This document shows, in pieces, positions 1 through 9,573 of a stretch of 64,000 nt of DNA. The notes beneath the pieces were generated by a model, which was given only the letters and a program-made list of their open reading frames with translations, was not told where the DNA came from and did not search any database. Every line of letters begins with the position of its first letter. Positions within the stretch are counted from its first letter, which is position 1. The position numbers were made by a program, and so were the translations under genes. Where the stretch lies: contig CAAGJM010000035.1 of assembly GCA_900770185.1 (NCBI GenBank), positions 149,761-213,760 of the forward strand. The letters are read 5' to 3'. This DNA comes from Clostridia bacterium. Lineage in GTDB: Bacteria > Bacillota > Clostridia > Christensenellales > Borkfalkiaceae.

Positions 1-255
1 ATAACCGGGTTTGTGGCTGGTAAGCGTCGATACGATAGAGGTGTCGGCGTCTAAAACGCCGCCGTTTTCTCTTTCTTGTTTATAAAGTTCCAAAACTTCT
101 TCCCAAAGTTTTTTGGTGGCGTCGGTAGCGGGCGCAAGGAAGCTGTCGTCCCCGTCGTAAGGGGTGTAGTTTCTCTGAATAAAGTCTCTTACGTCGACTT
201 CGTCGTCACACCATTTGCCGGGAATAAAACCTTCCCAACCTTTGTAATTTTCCAT
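1..255 (-). CDS. pflB: formate C-acetyltransferase (pyruvate formate-lyase, glycyl radical enzyme), N-terminal part; gene runs off the window start
   Basis: Minus-strand ATG at 253-255. The translated N-terminus MENYKGWEGFIPGKW..VRDFIQRNYTPYDGDDSFLAPATDATKKLWEEV matches the conserved PflB N-terminus. A PFL-activase is encoded adjacent. Confidence 0.85.
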   Translation of the reverse strand, partial: MENYKGWEGFIPGKWCDDEVDVRDFIQRNYTPYDGDDSFLAPATDATKKLWEEVLELYKQERENGGVLDADTSIVSTLTSHKPGY

Positions 256-393
256 GTTGTTACTCCTTAAATTTTATTGCGTTATACCCTTTAAGGGTTT
301 GTTACCTTTTGCTTGCCGCTTCGCTTGATTTAACGCGCATCTCGGCGCGTACTAAAAAGCGGTCTGAATTTTATTTAACTTTTTGCGCTTTGC

Positions 394-720
394 TTATTTA
401 ACTTTTTGCGCCTTGCGCTCTTCAACTTTCGCGTCGAGCCAAATCTCGAAGATTTCTTCGGGCTGATACCCCGTCGCACGGGCGAAAACTTCGCCGTCGT
501 CAAGCAGCAAAACCGTCGGCACGCGGTCAACCGCATACTCTTCCATTATTTTAACGGTGTTTTCGGACGCTTCTATGTGCACGAGCGTCAGTTCGGGGCG
601 TGCCTTACAAAGTTCGTAAAGCATCGGCATAAGCGTTAAGCAATTCGCGCACGATTCGCCGCTTATTTCAACGACCTGCAACCCCTTGAACTTTTCCTTA
701 TAATTATCGTCGTTTATCAT
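394..720 (-). CDS. thioredoxin-family protein with a CxxC (CANC) motif
   Basis: 108-aa ORF with a thioredoxin-like fold signature (..ISGESCANCLTLMP..). It sits between pflA and pflB, and its stop overlaps the pflA start. Confidence 0.6.
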   Translation of the reverse strand: MINDDNYKEKFKGLQVVEISGESCANCLTLMPMLYELCKARPELTLVHIEASENTVKIMEEYAVDRVPTVLLLDDGEVFARATGYQPEEIFEIWLDAKVEERKAQKVK

Positions 721-1445
721 TTTGTAATACCAAGCAACCTTTTTGCGTTCATAACCCGCTCTTTTGAAGGCGGTTCGACGCCTTTAAGCGGATAATCTAT
801 CCCTAATTTTTCGTACTTCGGAACACCCATCGTGTGATAAGGCAAAACTTCAACCTTTTCAACCGTTTTAAGCGTGTCGACAAACTCTTTCAAACGGATA
901 AGCGCGTCGTCGTCATCGGTTATGCCGGGAACCAGGACGTGCCTTATCCACATTTTTTTGCCGCTTTCGGACAAATACTTCGCAAACGCAAGAGTGTGTT
1001 TGTTGCTGACCCCCGTAAGCATACGGTGCTTATCGTCATCGATATGCTTGATATCGAGAAGATACAAATCAACGTACTTATTAAGCTCGTCGAACTTTTT
1101 GATTTTTTCGGGGCTAGTTTCGTCAAAAAGATATCCCGACGTGTCAACCGCAACGTTTACCCCGTTCTTTACGGCGGCTTTAGACAGTTCCGTTATAAAG
1201 TCGAGCTGCACGAGCGGCTCTCCGCCCGATATCGTAAGCCCGCCGTTTAAGCCGAAATAATTTTTATATCTTACTATTTCTTTAATCAAATCGTCAACCG
1301 AGCGTTCTTCGCCCGCGCCGATTTTCCAGGTATCGGGGTTATGGCAAAATTTACACCTCAGCGGGCAACCTTGCGTGAAAACGACGAACCTTATGCCCGG
1401 CCCGTCAACCGTGCCGCCCGAAAAAACCGAATGAATTTTACCCAT
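717..1445 (-). CDS. pflA: pyruvate formate-lyase activating enzyme (radical SAM)
   Basis: MGKIHSVFSGGTVDGPGIRFVVFTQGCPLRCKFCHNPDTW is the classic PflA N-terminus, with the CxxxCxxC radical-SAM motif. Confidence 0.9.
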   Translation of the reverse strand: MGKIHSVFSGGTVDGPGIRFVVFTQGCPLRCKFCHNPDTWKIGAGEERSVDDLIKEIVRYKNYFGLNGGLTISGGEPLVQLDFITELSKAAVKNGVNVAVDTSGYLFDETSPEKIKKFDELNKYVDLYLLDIKHIDDDKHRMLTGVSNKHTLAFAKYLSESGKKMWIRHVLVPGITDDDDALIRLKEFVDTLKTVEKVEVLPYHTMGVPKYEKLGIDYPLKGVEPPSKERVMNAKRLLGITK

Positions 1446-1680
1446 AAAACTCCCATATATTGTCGATTAAAAACATTTTAACACAAAATATCGAAATTGT
1501 AAATACTTTAACTTAAATTTCTAATTTAACTAAAACTTGTTTTTGCGGTTTAAGTATACACTAAATTACGCTAAATTAGTGTTGCATTTGCAACAAAATT
1601 TTGCGTTTTTGCGATTTTTAACGTTTTTTTACTTAAGTTTTACAAGCGTTTACGATACACTTAAAAAACGTCCGCAAATT

Positions 1681-2754
1681 TTAGCGCTTTTTAAGCAGCC
1701 TGTCGATCATCGCGCCGAATCTTCTCGACATTTTATAAAACCCCAAATCGTTGGGGTGGCAAGCGTCGGCAAAATTAAGCCCGCGCTCTTTTTTACCGTA
1801 AAAAGACCGCCCGTCTATAAAGTAAACGTTCCTGTCCCCTTCGCGCCTTGCCCTTAAATAGTCCGCTCTGACGATTTTCAGTCTTTCGGGGTTTTCATTG
1901 TGGTCGTCGTTTTCAAAGTCGGGCTTGGTGGCCATGATTATAGGAATATCGGGGTGATCGTTACGCACCGCTTTATATACGTTATAATGCCGCTCGCGAA
2001 GTTGCTGCGGATTATCCGCGTTATGGTCGAAGTCGAGAACGAAAAGCGACATATCAAGGGAGGCAATGTAATCAACCATCGGCTTTTCGCCCCTGCACGC
2101 GCCTGAAAAACCAAGGTTTATAAAATCGACGAAGTTTCTGCGCGAAATCATCGATTCGTAAGAGTTCGACGGTCTGGTTGCACACGCTCCCTGCGTTATA
2201 GACGAACCGTAATAAACTATCGGCGCCATATTTTTATAAGGGTTGAATTTTTCAAGAAGCGTATTTTTTTGAAGCCCTATTTTTAAACGCTTTATTCCTG
2301 CGTAAAGCGGCAAATTCATTATAACTTTTTTGCGACCTTTCGGAACGTCAATTACTTTTTTATAGCTCGTATCCTCGTTGGTTGCGGGCAAGAAAGAACA
2401 ACGTAAACGGTATTCGGTGTCGCCGTCGAGCAAAAGATAAGCGTCTATCCCGACGCGCCCGCCGCCGCTCATATTCGTGCCGTTAAAAACCGTGCACAAG
2501 TCCACGTCTACGCCGATATAATCCGAATCGGTTATAAAACAAACCCTTCCGCCGCTCGTGTTTTGGTTAAGATTAAATAAACCTTCGCTTACAGAACCGG
2601 GGATTTCGGGCGGCATACGCACGTAATCGTCGCGATTAAAAAAGTCGTACAACCCGAAAACGGAAAACTTGCCGCTTTTAACGTCTATAAGTTCGCAATC
2701 ATTCTTTCCTATTTCATTGAAAAATATCATGTTAGGGTCTTTCGTTTGTATCAT
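1681..2754 (-). CDS. SGNH/GDSL-type hydrolase (carbohydrate esterase-like) with an N-terminal beta-rich domain
   Basis: GSSITQG (GDS block I), DxxH-like block near the C-terminus, RBS AGGAG 8 nt upstream of the ATG. Confidence 0.7.
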   Translation of the reverse strand: MIQTKDPNMIFFNEIGKNDCELIDVKSGKFSVFGLYDFFNRDDYVRMPPEIPGSVSEGLFNLNQNTSGGRVCFITDSDYIGVDVDLCTVFNGTNMSGGGRVGIDAYLLLDGDTEYRLRCSFLPATNEDTSYKKVIDVPKGRKKVIMNLPLYAGIKRLKIGLQKNTLLEKFNPYKNMAPIVYYGSSITQGACATRPSNSYESMISRRNFVDFINLGFSGACRGEKPMVDYIASLDMSLFVLDFDHNADNPQQLRERHYNVYKAVRNDHPDIPIIMATKPDFENDDHNENPERLKIVRADYLRARREGDRNVYFIDGRSFYGKKERGLNFADACHPNDLGFYKMSRRFGAMIDRLLKKR

Positions 2755-2937
2755 GTAAATAACTCCTATAAATACTACTATTATGCTAAATACTACTATT
2801 ATGCAGTTCCCGTAAATCTTTCGATTTTACCGCTTAATTGTAGCGCTAAAAAATTTTAAAATCAACACGAAAGCTAAAAAAGAGACCATTCCCTGAAAAT
2901 AATTTTTTGTAAATTTAAAAAAATAACGTAAAATCGT

Positions 2938-2966
2938 TTGACAACGGCATTAAAAAGTATTAAAGT
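2938..2966 (+). promoter_or_regulatory. sigma-A-type promoter TTGACA-17-TAAAGT driving the riboswitch leader
   Basis: Sequence match to -35/-10 consensus with 17-nt spacing, about 20 nt upstream of the riboswitch start. Confidence 0.45.
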
Positions 2967-2985
2967 GGGCTTAACAAAAAATTAG

Positions 2986-3206
2986 AAATAGAGGCGCGTC
3001 CGATATGACAAACCGCGGCAGGGTTAAAAGTCGCGGCGGTAAAGGAGAGGACGCCGAAGAGAGAAATCTTACCCGAAGGTTTCTTGTCTGGGTGCAAAAG
3101 GAACACTTTTGCAACTGTCGCGGAAGCAATTCCGCGTTGCGCTATTGAATATCTTTTTTCGGTTTTCCGTGAAATCGCGATATTTAATAGTATCGCGATT
3201 TTTTGT
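2986..3206 (+). promoter_or_regulatory. lysine riboswitch (L-box) with an intrinsic terminator expression platform
   Basis: Conserved L-box blocks AGAGGCGCG, GGAGAGGACGCCGAAG, CUGGGUGCA and ACUGUC are present. A perfect 10-bp stem follows (AATCGCGATA / TATCGCGATT, 3173-3200) with a U-tract, about 40 nt before the transporter start codon. Confidence 0.65.
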
Positions 3207-3243
3207 TACTAAAAAAATAAAAATTTTTAAAGGAGAACCTGAA

Positions 3244-4089
3244 ATGAAAAAACTACTCACTTTTATTCTCACCGTTGCTCTATCGCTGACAGCCGTATTC
3301 TCGCTTACCGCGTGCGGCAATAAAAAAGACCCGAACAAAATTTACGTCGGTATGGAGTGCGGATACGCGCCTTTCAACTTTACGCAGATGACCGAAGGCG
3401 ACGGCGCGGTTAAAATCAGCAACGCACATGGCTATGCCAACGGCTACGACGTTATGATAGCGAAAAAAATCGCCGAAGAAACCGGCAAAGAACTCGTTAT
3501 CGTTCAGTACGAATTCGACGCGCTTGTAAACGCCGTTAAATCGGGCGCGCTCGACTTCATCATCGCGGGCATGAGCCCGACGGCAAAAAGGCTTGAAAGC
3601 GTCGATTTTTCGGACGCATATTACGAAAGCCAACTCGTTATAGTCGTCAGAAAAGACGGGAACTTTGCTAACGCCGCGAACCTTGACGGCTTTAACGGCG
3701 CGAAAATCGCCGCGCAGATAGGGACTTTCCACGACGACGCGCTTCAATCCCAGGCCGCCGCTCACGGCATCATCCCCCAAACCCCGCTCGACACCTTCCC
3801 CGCGCTTATAAACGCGCTTAACAGCAAAGCAATCGACGGTTACGTTGCGGAAGAACCGGGCGCGATTGCAGACTGCGCCGCAAACGCCGCCCTCACCTAC
3901 GTTCGCTTAGTAAACAACTCGACGGGCTTTACCGCCACCGCGGAAGACGTGCAAATCGCTATCGGCATGAAAAAAGGCAGCGATTATAAAACGACCATAA
4001 ATACCGCTCTTAGCAAACTTGACAGCGCGGCCCGCTTGCAGATGATGACCGCCGCAACCGAATACGCGACTAAATACGCACAGAACTAA
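3244..4089 (+). CDS. polar amino acid ABC transporter substrate-binding lipoprotein (family 3 SBP); likely lysine-related given the upstream L-box
   Basis: Signal peptide plus lipobox (LTACGN), an SBP_bac_3-like sequence, and RBS AAAGGAG 7 nt upstream of the ATG at 3244. The track ORF 3109.. starts upstream inside the riboswitch. Confidence 0.8.
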   Translation: MKKLLTFILTVALSLTAVFSLTACGNKKDPNKIYVGMECGYAPFNFTQMTEGDGAVKISNAHGYANGYDVMIAKKIAEETGKELVIVQYEFDALVNAVKSGALDFIIAGMSPTAKRLESVDFSDAYYESQLVIVVRKDGNFANAANLDGFNGAKIAAQIGTFHDDALQSQAAAHGIIPQTPLDTFPALINALNSKAIDGYVAEEPGAIADCAANAALTYVRLVNNSTGFTATAEDVQIAIGMKKGSDYKTTINTALSKLDSAARLQMMTAATEYATKYAQN

Positions 4090-4154
4090 TAAACTAATTA
4101 CTGGCGTTTATCACGGAAAACGCCCGCAAAAACAGCATTGAAAGGTAAAATAAA

Positions 4155-4913
4155 ATGTCAATACGCTCGATAGGAAATATAATAGTAAAATACTCGCCGC
4201 TGCTGTTGCAAGGCGTGGGATATACGCTGCTCGTTTCTATAATAGGCACGATTGCAGGGCTTATAATAGGTCTGCTGATAGGCGTTTACCGCACCATGCC
4301 CGTGCCGAAAAACAAATTTTTAAAAGGGCTTAAAAAGGCGGGCGACTATATTTTAAACGCTTATATCGAAGTTTTCCGTTGCACCCCGATGATGGTTCAG
4401 GCAATGGTAATATTCTGGGGCTTCGCTCTTTTAAACGACGGACAAACGCTCAGCGTAATATTCTCCGGCATGCTTATCGTTTCGATAAACACCGGCGCAT
4501 ATATGGCGGAAATCGTCCGCGGCGGCATTATGTCGATAGACAAAGGTCAATACGAAGGTGCGGAAGCGGTCGGCATGACCCACTTTCAGGCAATGTTTAA
4601 AGTAATTCTTCCGCAAGCGTTAAAAAATATTTTGCCGAGCGTTGCGAACGAATTCGTTATAAACGTAAAAGACACTTCCGTTTTAAACGTAATAGGTTTC
4701 ACGGAACTTTATTTTCAGGCGAAGAAAATCGTATCTATAACCTACGACACGTTCGCGACCTATCTTTTAGTTGCGGCAATCTACTTTATTTTAACTTTCA
4801 CCATAACACGAATTTTAAGGCTTATCGAAAAGAAGCTGGAAGGCAAAAAGAATTACACGGTTTTCGGCTCGCAGTCCGACCCCGAAGCCGAAATTCATTT
4901 GACGGAGGCATAA
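4155..4913 (+). CDS. amino acid ABC transporter permease
   Basis: Multi-TM protein with an EAA-like loop (..[25 protein letters not shown]..), in an operon with the SBP and the ATPase. Confidence 0.85.
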   Translation: MSIRSIGNIIVKYSPLLLQGVGYTLLVSIIGTIAGLIIGLLIGVYRTMPVPKNKFLKGLKKAGDYILNAYIEVFRCTPMMVQAMVIFWGFALLNDGQTLSVIFSGMLIVSINTGAYMAEIVRGGIMSIDKGQYEGAEAVGMTHFQAMFKVILPQALKNILPSVANEFVINVKDTSVLNVIGFTELYFQAKKIVSITYDTFATYLLVAAIYFILTFTITRILRLIEKKLEGKKNYTVFGSQSDPEAEIHLTEA

Positions 4914-4914
4914 A

Positions 4915-5643
4915 ATGAGCGTACTCGAAATTAAAAACCTTGAAAAATCGTTCGGTGACAATCAAATTTTAAAAGATATTTCTTTTAACGTGAATAAAGG
5001 CGACGTAATCTCGATAATAGGTCCGTCGGGCTCCGGCAAAAGCACCACTTTGCGGATTATAAACCTGCTTGAAGAAAAATCGGGCGGCGAAATCCTTTAT
5101 AACGGCGAAAAAGTCGAAACGCTTAAACGCACGGCGTACCGCGCAAGCGTTCAGATGGTGTTTCAGTCCTTTAACCTGTTTAACAACATGTCGGTTTTAA
5201 AAAACTGCATTTGTCCCCAAACGACTGTACTTAAAAGGAATAAAAAAGAAGCCGAAAAAATAGCGCTTAATTACCTTGAAAAGGTGGGAATGGCGTCGTA
5301 TAGGGACGCCCGCCCCGCTCAACTTTCGGGCGGACAAAAACAACGCGTCGCGATAGCGCGCGCCCTTTCGATGAACCCGGAAGTTATTTTGTTCGACGAG
5401 CCGACCAGCGCGCTCGACCCCGAAATGGTCGGCGAAGTCTTAGACGTTATGAAAGATTTAGCTAAAAGCGGGCTTACGATGGTTGTCGTCACGCACGAAA
5501 TGGCTTTCGCGCGCGACGTGTCGAGCAAAGTCGTGTTTATGGACGGCGGCGTTATAGTCGAAGAAGGCTCGCCCGAAGTTATATTCAATTCCCCCAAAGA
5601 AGCGCGCACCAAAGAATTTTTGTCCCGCGTGTTAAACGGTTGA
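4915..5643 (+). CDS. amino acid ABC transporter ATP-binding protein
   Basis: Walker [10 protein letters not shown], signature LSGGQKQRV, Walker [12 protein letters not shown]. Confidence 0.9.
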   Translation: MSVLEIKNLEKSFGDNQILKDISFNVNKGDVISIIGPSGSGKSTTLRIINLLEEKSGGEILYNGEKVETLKRTAYRASVQMVFQSFNLFNNMSVLKNCICPQTTVLKRNKKEAEKIALNYLEKVGMASYRDARPAQLSGGQKQRVAIARALSMNPEVILFDEPTSALDPEMVGEVLDVMKDLAKSGLTMVVVTHEMAFARDVSSKVVFMDGGVIVEEGSPEVIFNSPKEARTKEFLSRVLNG

Positions 5644-5660
5644 TTTTTACGATAACAAAA

Positions 5661-5695
5661 AAAATCGTTTCCGAAACCTCGGAAACGATTTTTAG
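5661..5695. terminator. bidirectional rho-independent terminator between the ABC operon (+) and the oxidoreductase gene (-)
   Basis: 11-bp perfect stem ATCGTTTCCGA / TCGGAAACGAT flanked by A-run and T-run. Confidence 0.7.
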
Positions 5696-5707
5696 TTTAC
5701 GATTATT

Positions 5708-6970
5708 TTAAAATTTAACGATTTTGTTTTGTTTTTGCGATTCGTCGGCCGCGTACACGAGCAAATGCCCGTTTACGCTGTCGTTAATATCGGTTATGGA
5801 TATAGACGACTTATCTCCGTTTAAGTAGGCGCATACGTCGCGCATAAGCGCAACGTCGCCGCCGCTATGGCCGCAGTTTAAAACGTCAAGGCTTACGTCT
5901 ACAACCTCGTCTTTAAAGGTATCGGTCACAAAATCGTAACGGCGTAAAGTGTACTTGTTATCGCTTAGCGCGCCGAAAATTTCGCCATCTTCGCCGACGA
6001 TATGTATATATCTTTCACCCTTAGCAGACCCCGCCACAAGATTAAACGTGCCGATAGAACCGTTTTTGAACTTAACTATCATATTTTGCCTGTCCAAAAG
6101 GTCCTTATCCTCGTATACGCATCTTCCGTAAGACGAATTTATTACTTGATTTTTGATATCCTCTTCCGTTATTTCGCTTTGCGGTTTATGAACGTCAAGC
6201 ATAATTCTTTCACGGAAAAATTTGCTTCTGAAAAATATTTTGTTGGTCGAATATTTGCACGTAGGCTCACACGGGCAGGTGTGGCACGTTTCGGTGTGAC
6301 CTTCGGGCGCGTTTTCGGGAATAAAAATCTTTCTGTCGCCGAAACTTGCGACTTCTTCGGGCTCGGTTACGTTATTGAACCAACACATAAGGTCGGTGTC
6401 GTGGCAGGATTTTGCGAGCAGGAAAGTCGAGCCGCACTCCTTTTCGCTCCGCCATTTGCCGACGACGTAAGACTCGACGTAGTGCATGTTGCAGACGTGT
6501 TCGGACATTTCAATCGAGGTGATTTTGCCGATTTTGCCGTCTAAAATATTCTGTTTAATACTTCTGTAAAAAGGCGTGTACCTTAAAACGTGGCAAACGA
6601 ATAAGTTTACGCCCTTAACTTTCGCGATATCCCTTAAAGACAAAAGCTCTTCTTTTTTAGGCGTTATGGGTTTTTCCATTAAAACGTCGTAGCCCGCCGA
6701 CATAAGTTTTTTGCTTATTTCGTAGTGAAGGGAATCTATCGTGGCGTTTATAACCAAATCGCACTTAAAGCCCGATTTTATAAAATCGTCTACGCTGTAA
6801 AAAATTCCGCACGCCGGGATATCGTAAAGCTTAGCCACGTCGCTTGCGTGGACGGCGTTCGGGTCAACCACGCCGACGACTTTTAACTCGTCTTTATGGT
6901 CGGACGCATAACTTGCGTATATAAGCCCGCGGTTGCCCGCGCCTACAACAACTGCCGTAATCTGTTTCAT
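5708..6970 (-). CDS. Gfo/Idh/MocA-family NAD(P)-dependent oxidoreductase with an inserted Cys cluster
   Basis: N-terminal Rossmann motif VVVGAGNRGLIYA. The internal CHTCPCEPTC motif is unusual for this family. Confidence 0.8.
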   Translation of the reverse strand: MKQITAVVVGAGNRGLIYASYASDHKDELKVVGVVDPNAVHASDVAKLYDIPACGIFYSVDDFIKSGFKCDLVINATIDSLHYEISKKLMSAGYDVLMEKPITPKKEELLSLRDIAKVKGVNLFVCHVLRYTPFYRSIKQNILDGKIGKITSIEMSEHVCNMHYVESYVVGKWRSEKECGSTFLLAKSCHDTDLMCWFNNVTEPEEVASFGDRKIFIPENAPEGHTETCHTCPCEPTCKYSTNKIFFRSKFFRERIMLDVHKPQSEITEEDIKNQVINSSYGRCVYEDKDLLDRQNMIVKFKNGSIGTFNLVAGSAKGERYIHIVGEDGEIFGALSDNKYTLRRYDFVTDTFKDEVVDVSLDVLNCGHSGGDVALMRDVCAYLNGDKSSISITDINDSVNGHLLVYAADESQKQNKIVKF

Positions 6971-7075
6971 TATAAATATCTCCGAATTGTTTTGATGGCT
7001 TTATTATACGAAACCTTTTTGAATTACTCTACCCTTTTACAACGCAAAAATTGTCATATTCTACGATTTTAAATT

Positions 7076-7867
7076 TTAATAGCTGTTTTTAAAACGCTTT
7101 TTAGCGCGATAATAAGTGTTTAAACTTCCGAACCCGCAGTCTAAAATCGCTTCGGTAAGCGTTAATTCGCCGCGAAGCATTTCTTCTTTGACGGCGGAAA
7201 GCCGAACGAAATTCAAGTAGTCGCAAAAACTTAGCTTAGCAAACTTTTTGAACACGGCTGAAAGATAATTTTCGCTGTAACCGAATTCTTTCGCAACCGT
7301 GCCGACGGATATTTGAAAGCGATAATTTTTGTTTAAATACTTCATTATTTTTACGATTAAGTTTTTGCGCTTATCTTCGTTTTTCGGCTTTAAATCAAAC
7401 AATTCGATAAGCCGCCCCATAAACCCGCACGAAAAACTTTGCGCCAAAAAGGGGTTTTTAAAACGGCTAACGGCGTGATTTTCTTCTAAAAAGCGGGTAA
7501 GCTTATCGAAATTTTCCCCTTCAACGTGCAAGAATGTGTCAAAAGTGCCGTTAAGCTCTTTAAAAAGGTTCAAAAAAGTATTTGACATAACGACGGAATA
7601 ACCGTGCATATATACCGAAACGAACGAATGTATGTCGTATCCGTCGACGAAGACTAAATCGCCCTTTTTTATCGTTTTGTTTACGGCGTTTACGCACGCC
7701 TCGCACTCGCCCGAAAGCATAAAAAACACTTCCACGCTGTCGTGAAAATGCGGCGGCGTGTTGACGGAATCCGTTATGCGATAAAAATGAAGGTGATACT
7801 TTTCGTCAGCCTGCGCTTCGTAATACATTTTCTTCTCCGAAAGATTTTTCTTTGTAAATAACGGCAA
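7076..7867 (-). CDS. AraC-family transcriptional regulator (cupin sensor plus HTH)
   Basis: Cupin-like N-terminal domain (PPHFHDSVEVFFMLSG) and C-terminal AraC HTH (..FCDYLNFVRLSAVKEEML..). The start may be the internal Met at about 7828. Confidence 0.8.
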   Translation of the reverse strand: MPLFTKKNLSEKKMYYEAQADEKYHLHFYRITDSVNTPPHFHDSVEVFFMLSGECEACVNAVNKTIKKGDLVFVDGYDIHSFVSVYMHGYSVVMSNTFLNLFKELNGTFDTFLHVEGENFDKLTRFLEENHAVSRFKNPFLAQSFSCGFMGRLIELFDLKPKNEDKRKNLIVKIMKYLNKNYRFQISVGTVAKEFGYSENYLSAVFKKFAKLSFCDYLNFVRLSAVKEEMLRGELTLTEAILDCGFGSLNTYYRAKKRFKNSY

Positions 7868-8603
7868 GTTCCTGCCCCACGATATCTATAAACGCGTCCG
7901 CTATAAGCGTTTGCAAATTATCCCCGCTTATATCGTTGACCAGATATTTTCCGATGCCGACGGGGGATATAAACCGCGTGAACCAAAGGAAAAAGTTGAC
8001 GATTTTAAACCCTAAAAGGTAAAAACCGTTGTTTTTGATTTTACCGAATTTTCCGACCAGCCCCACACACTGTAAAACGAAAGAGATTTTAACGTCTTTC
8101 AAGTACTCTATATCAGCCGAGTCGATTATTTCTTTCAAACGGATTTTAAGCGTTTTTAAAACGGTGAATATCTCGCGCTCCGAAAAACTTAAAAAACTGC
8201 GCTTCTTTTTCCCTTTATAGCCCAAAAAGGGTTCGGCAACGCCGCCCGCAAGGGAAACCATTACCTCTTTAACCGTAACCGAACGGGCGGGCGCTTCTAT
8301 TTGTTTCAACTTAAAAACTTTGCGGATTTTATTGCGGTTTTCAAGTTTTTTTTGCTTTTTGTTTTCTTTTAAAAACTCGCCGTAATCGGTTTTCGCGGCG
8401 GAAATCGCGGCGTTGCACGCTTTCGCTTCTTCATCGGTTAGTTTTTTATAGTTCGCATCGCTGTTTTTGCGAACCTTTTTAATAACGCTTGCAATATACT
8501 TTCGCATCGCTATCGAGACGCCGAAAATAACGCTCATCACGATTAAAAATATAAATGATATTTTGGTTACGTAAGGCATGAGGCTTTTTATAAACTCAAT
8601 CAT
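7806..8603 (-). CDS. hypothetical membrane-anchored protein (single N-terminal TM)
   Basis: 265-aa ORF. Its start overlaps the stop of the upstream ORF by 8 nt and its end overlaps the AraC start. No recognisable motif. Confidence 0.5.
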   Translation of the reverse strand: MIEFIKSLMPYVTKISFIFLIVMSVIFGVSIAMRKYIASVIKKVRKNSDANYKKLTDEEAKACNAAISAAKTDYGEFLKENKKQKKLENRNKIRKVFKLKQIEAPARSVTVKEVMVSLAGGVAEPFLGYKGKKKRSFLSFSEREIFTVLKTLKIRLKEIIDSADIEYLKDVKISFVLQCVGLVGKFGKIKNNGFYLLGFKIVNFFLWFTRFISPVGIGKYLVNDISGDNLQTLIADAFIDIVGQELAVIYKEKSFGEENVLRSAG

Positions 8604-9558
8604 CTTTTTCGCCCTTTACCTTTTTTGATTTATTTTTACGCTTATTCTCTTTGCCCGTCGTTTGTTCGTTTACGTCGGCGGACGAAAAGTCGGCGGCGGA
8701 TAAGCAGGACGCTCCTAAATCGGTCGCAGCGGTTTCGATAGCCGCGGCGGCAGGTAAAAGGTTATCGCTTGCGGGCGCGGTATAACCGAAAACCAAAACC
8801 GATTCGTTTGCGATAAAATCGAGCAAATCGTTTATCTGCGCGTTGATTTTGCCGCTGAAAACGGTCAGCGCAAAGTTTACGCCGCCTTTTTTAAGAACTT
8901 TTTTAAAGGCGTTTTCTTTTTTAGGTTCTTTTGGGGTATCGTCCTTTTCCTCGTCATTGCAGACAAGCGCGGTTTCAAGTTTTTTTTCAAGAAAGCCGAT
9001 GGGCTTATTCTGCATACGCAAAAGACCGAAAATGCCGTCGACCTTTTCGTACAGTTTATCGACGGTATCGTCAAAAACGTCAATCGCATCGTATAAGGTA
9101 AAGTTGACGAAATAATACTTACCCGCCTTTTTTTTGGACTTTTGCGACGCTTTTTTTATTATGCCGAGCGCTTTATTACCGGCAAGTTTTAAATTTTCAA
9201 GAGGCGTAAGTTTTTTATCGTAACTAAACTCGCCCTCGCTCTCGACGAGCCGTTGCGCCTGCAATTCGCCATTTCCGGCAGATTTTACCGTTTTTTGCGC
9301 TCTTTTCTTACGTCTTTTACGCAAAATCACGCGGAACAATAAAACGACCAGATAAAAAGCCGCATAACCCAAAAACGCGCATACTACAAGCGTTATGAGG
9401 TTTTTAGCCGTTCCCAAAACGCCGTTTTTATATACAGAGTATGCTATTGCGATAAAAAACACGGCAAAAAGCGCGCTCACCTTTAAAACGCGCGTTTTTT
9501 TGTCGCCTGATTTTCCGCTTTTTTTTGCGGATTTTAATTCGGTTTTTATTTCAGTCAT
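8596..9558 (-). CDS. hypothetical membrane protein (charged N-terminus, 2 TM, Lys-rich regions)
   Basis: 320-aa ORF translationally coupled to the downstream membrane protein. No recognisable family. Confidence 0.5.
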   Translation of the reverse strand: MTEIKTELKSAKKSGKSGDKKTRVLKVSALFAVFFIAIAYSVYKNGVLGTAKNLITLVVCAFLGYAAFYLVVLLFRVILRKRRKKRAQKTVKSAGNGELQAQRLVESEGEFSYDKKLTPLENLKLAGNKALGIIKKASQKSKKKAGKYYFVNFTLYDAIDVFDDTVDKLYEKVDGIFGLLRMQNKPIGFLEKKLETALVCNDEEKDDTPKEPKKENAFKKVLKKGGVNFALTVFSGKINAQINDLLDFIANESVLVFGYTAPASDNLLPAAAAIETAATDLGASCLSAADFSSADVNEQTTGKENKRKNKSKKVKGEKDD

Positions 9559-9573
9559 ACTCTATCCCGATTA

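Noticed and set aside
834-1260. Overlapping plus-strand ORFs inside pflA, and many other alternate-frame or antisense ORFs in the track (e.g. 3280-3780, 6002-6544, 17924-18382, 44021-44386, 45036-45509, 58903-59511)
   Set aside because: They are fully contained in strongly supported genes on the other strand or frame and have no independent support.
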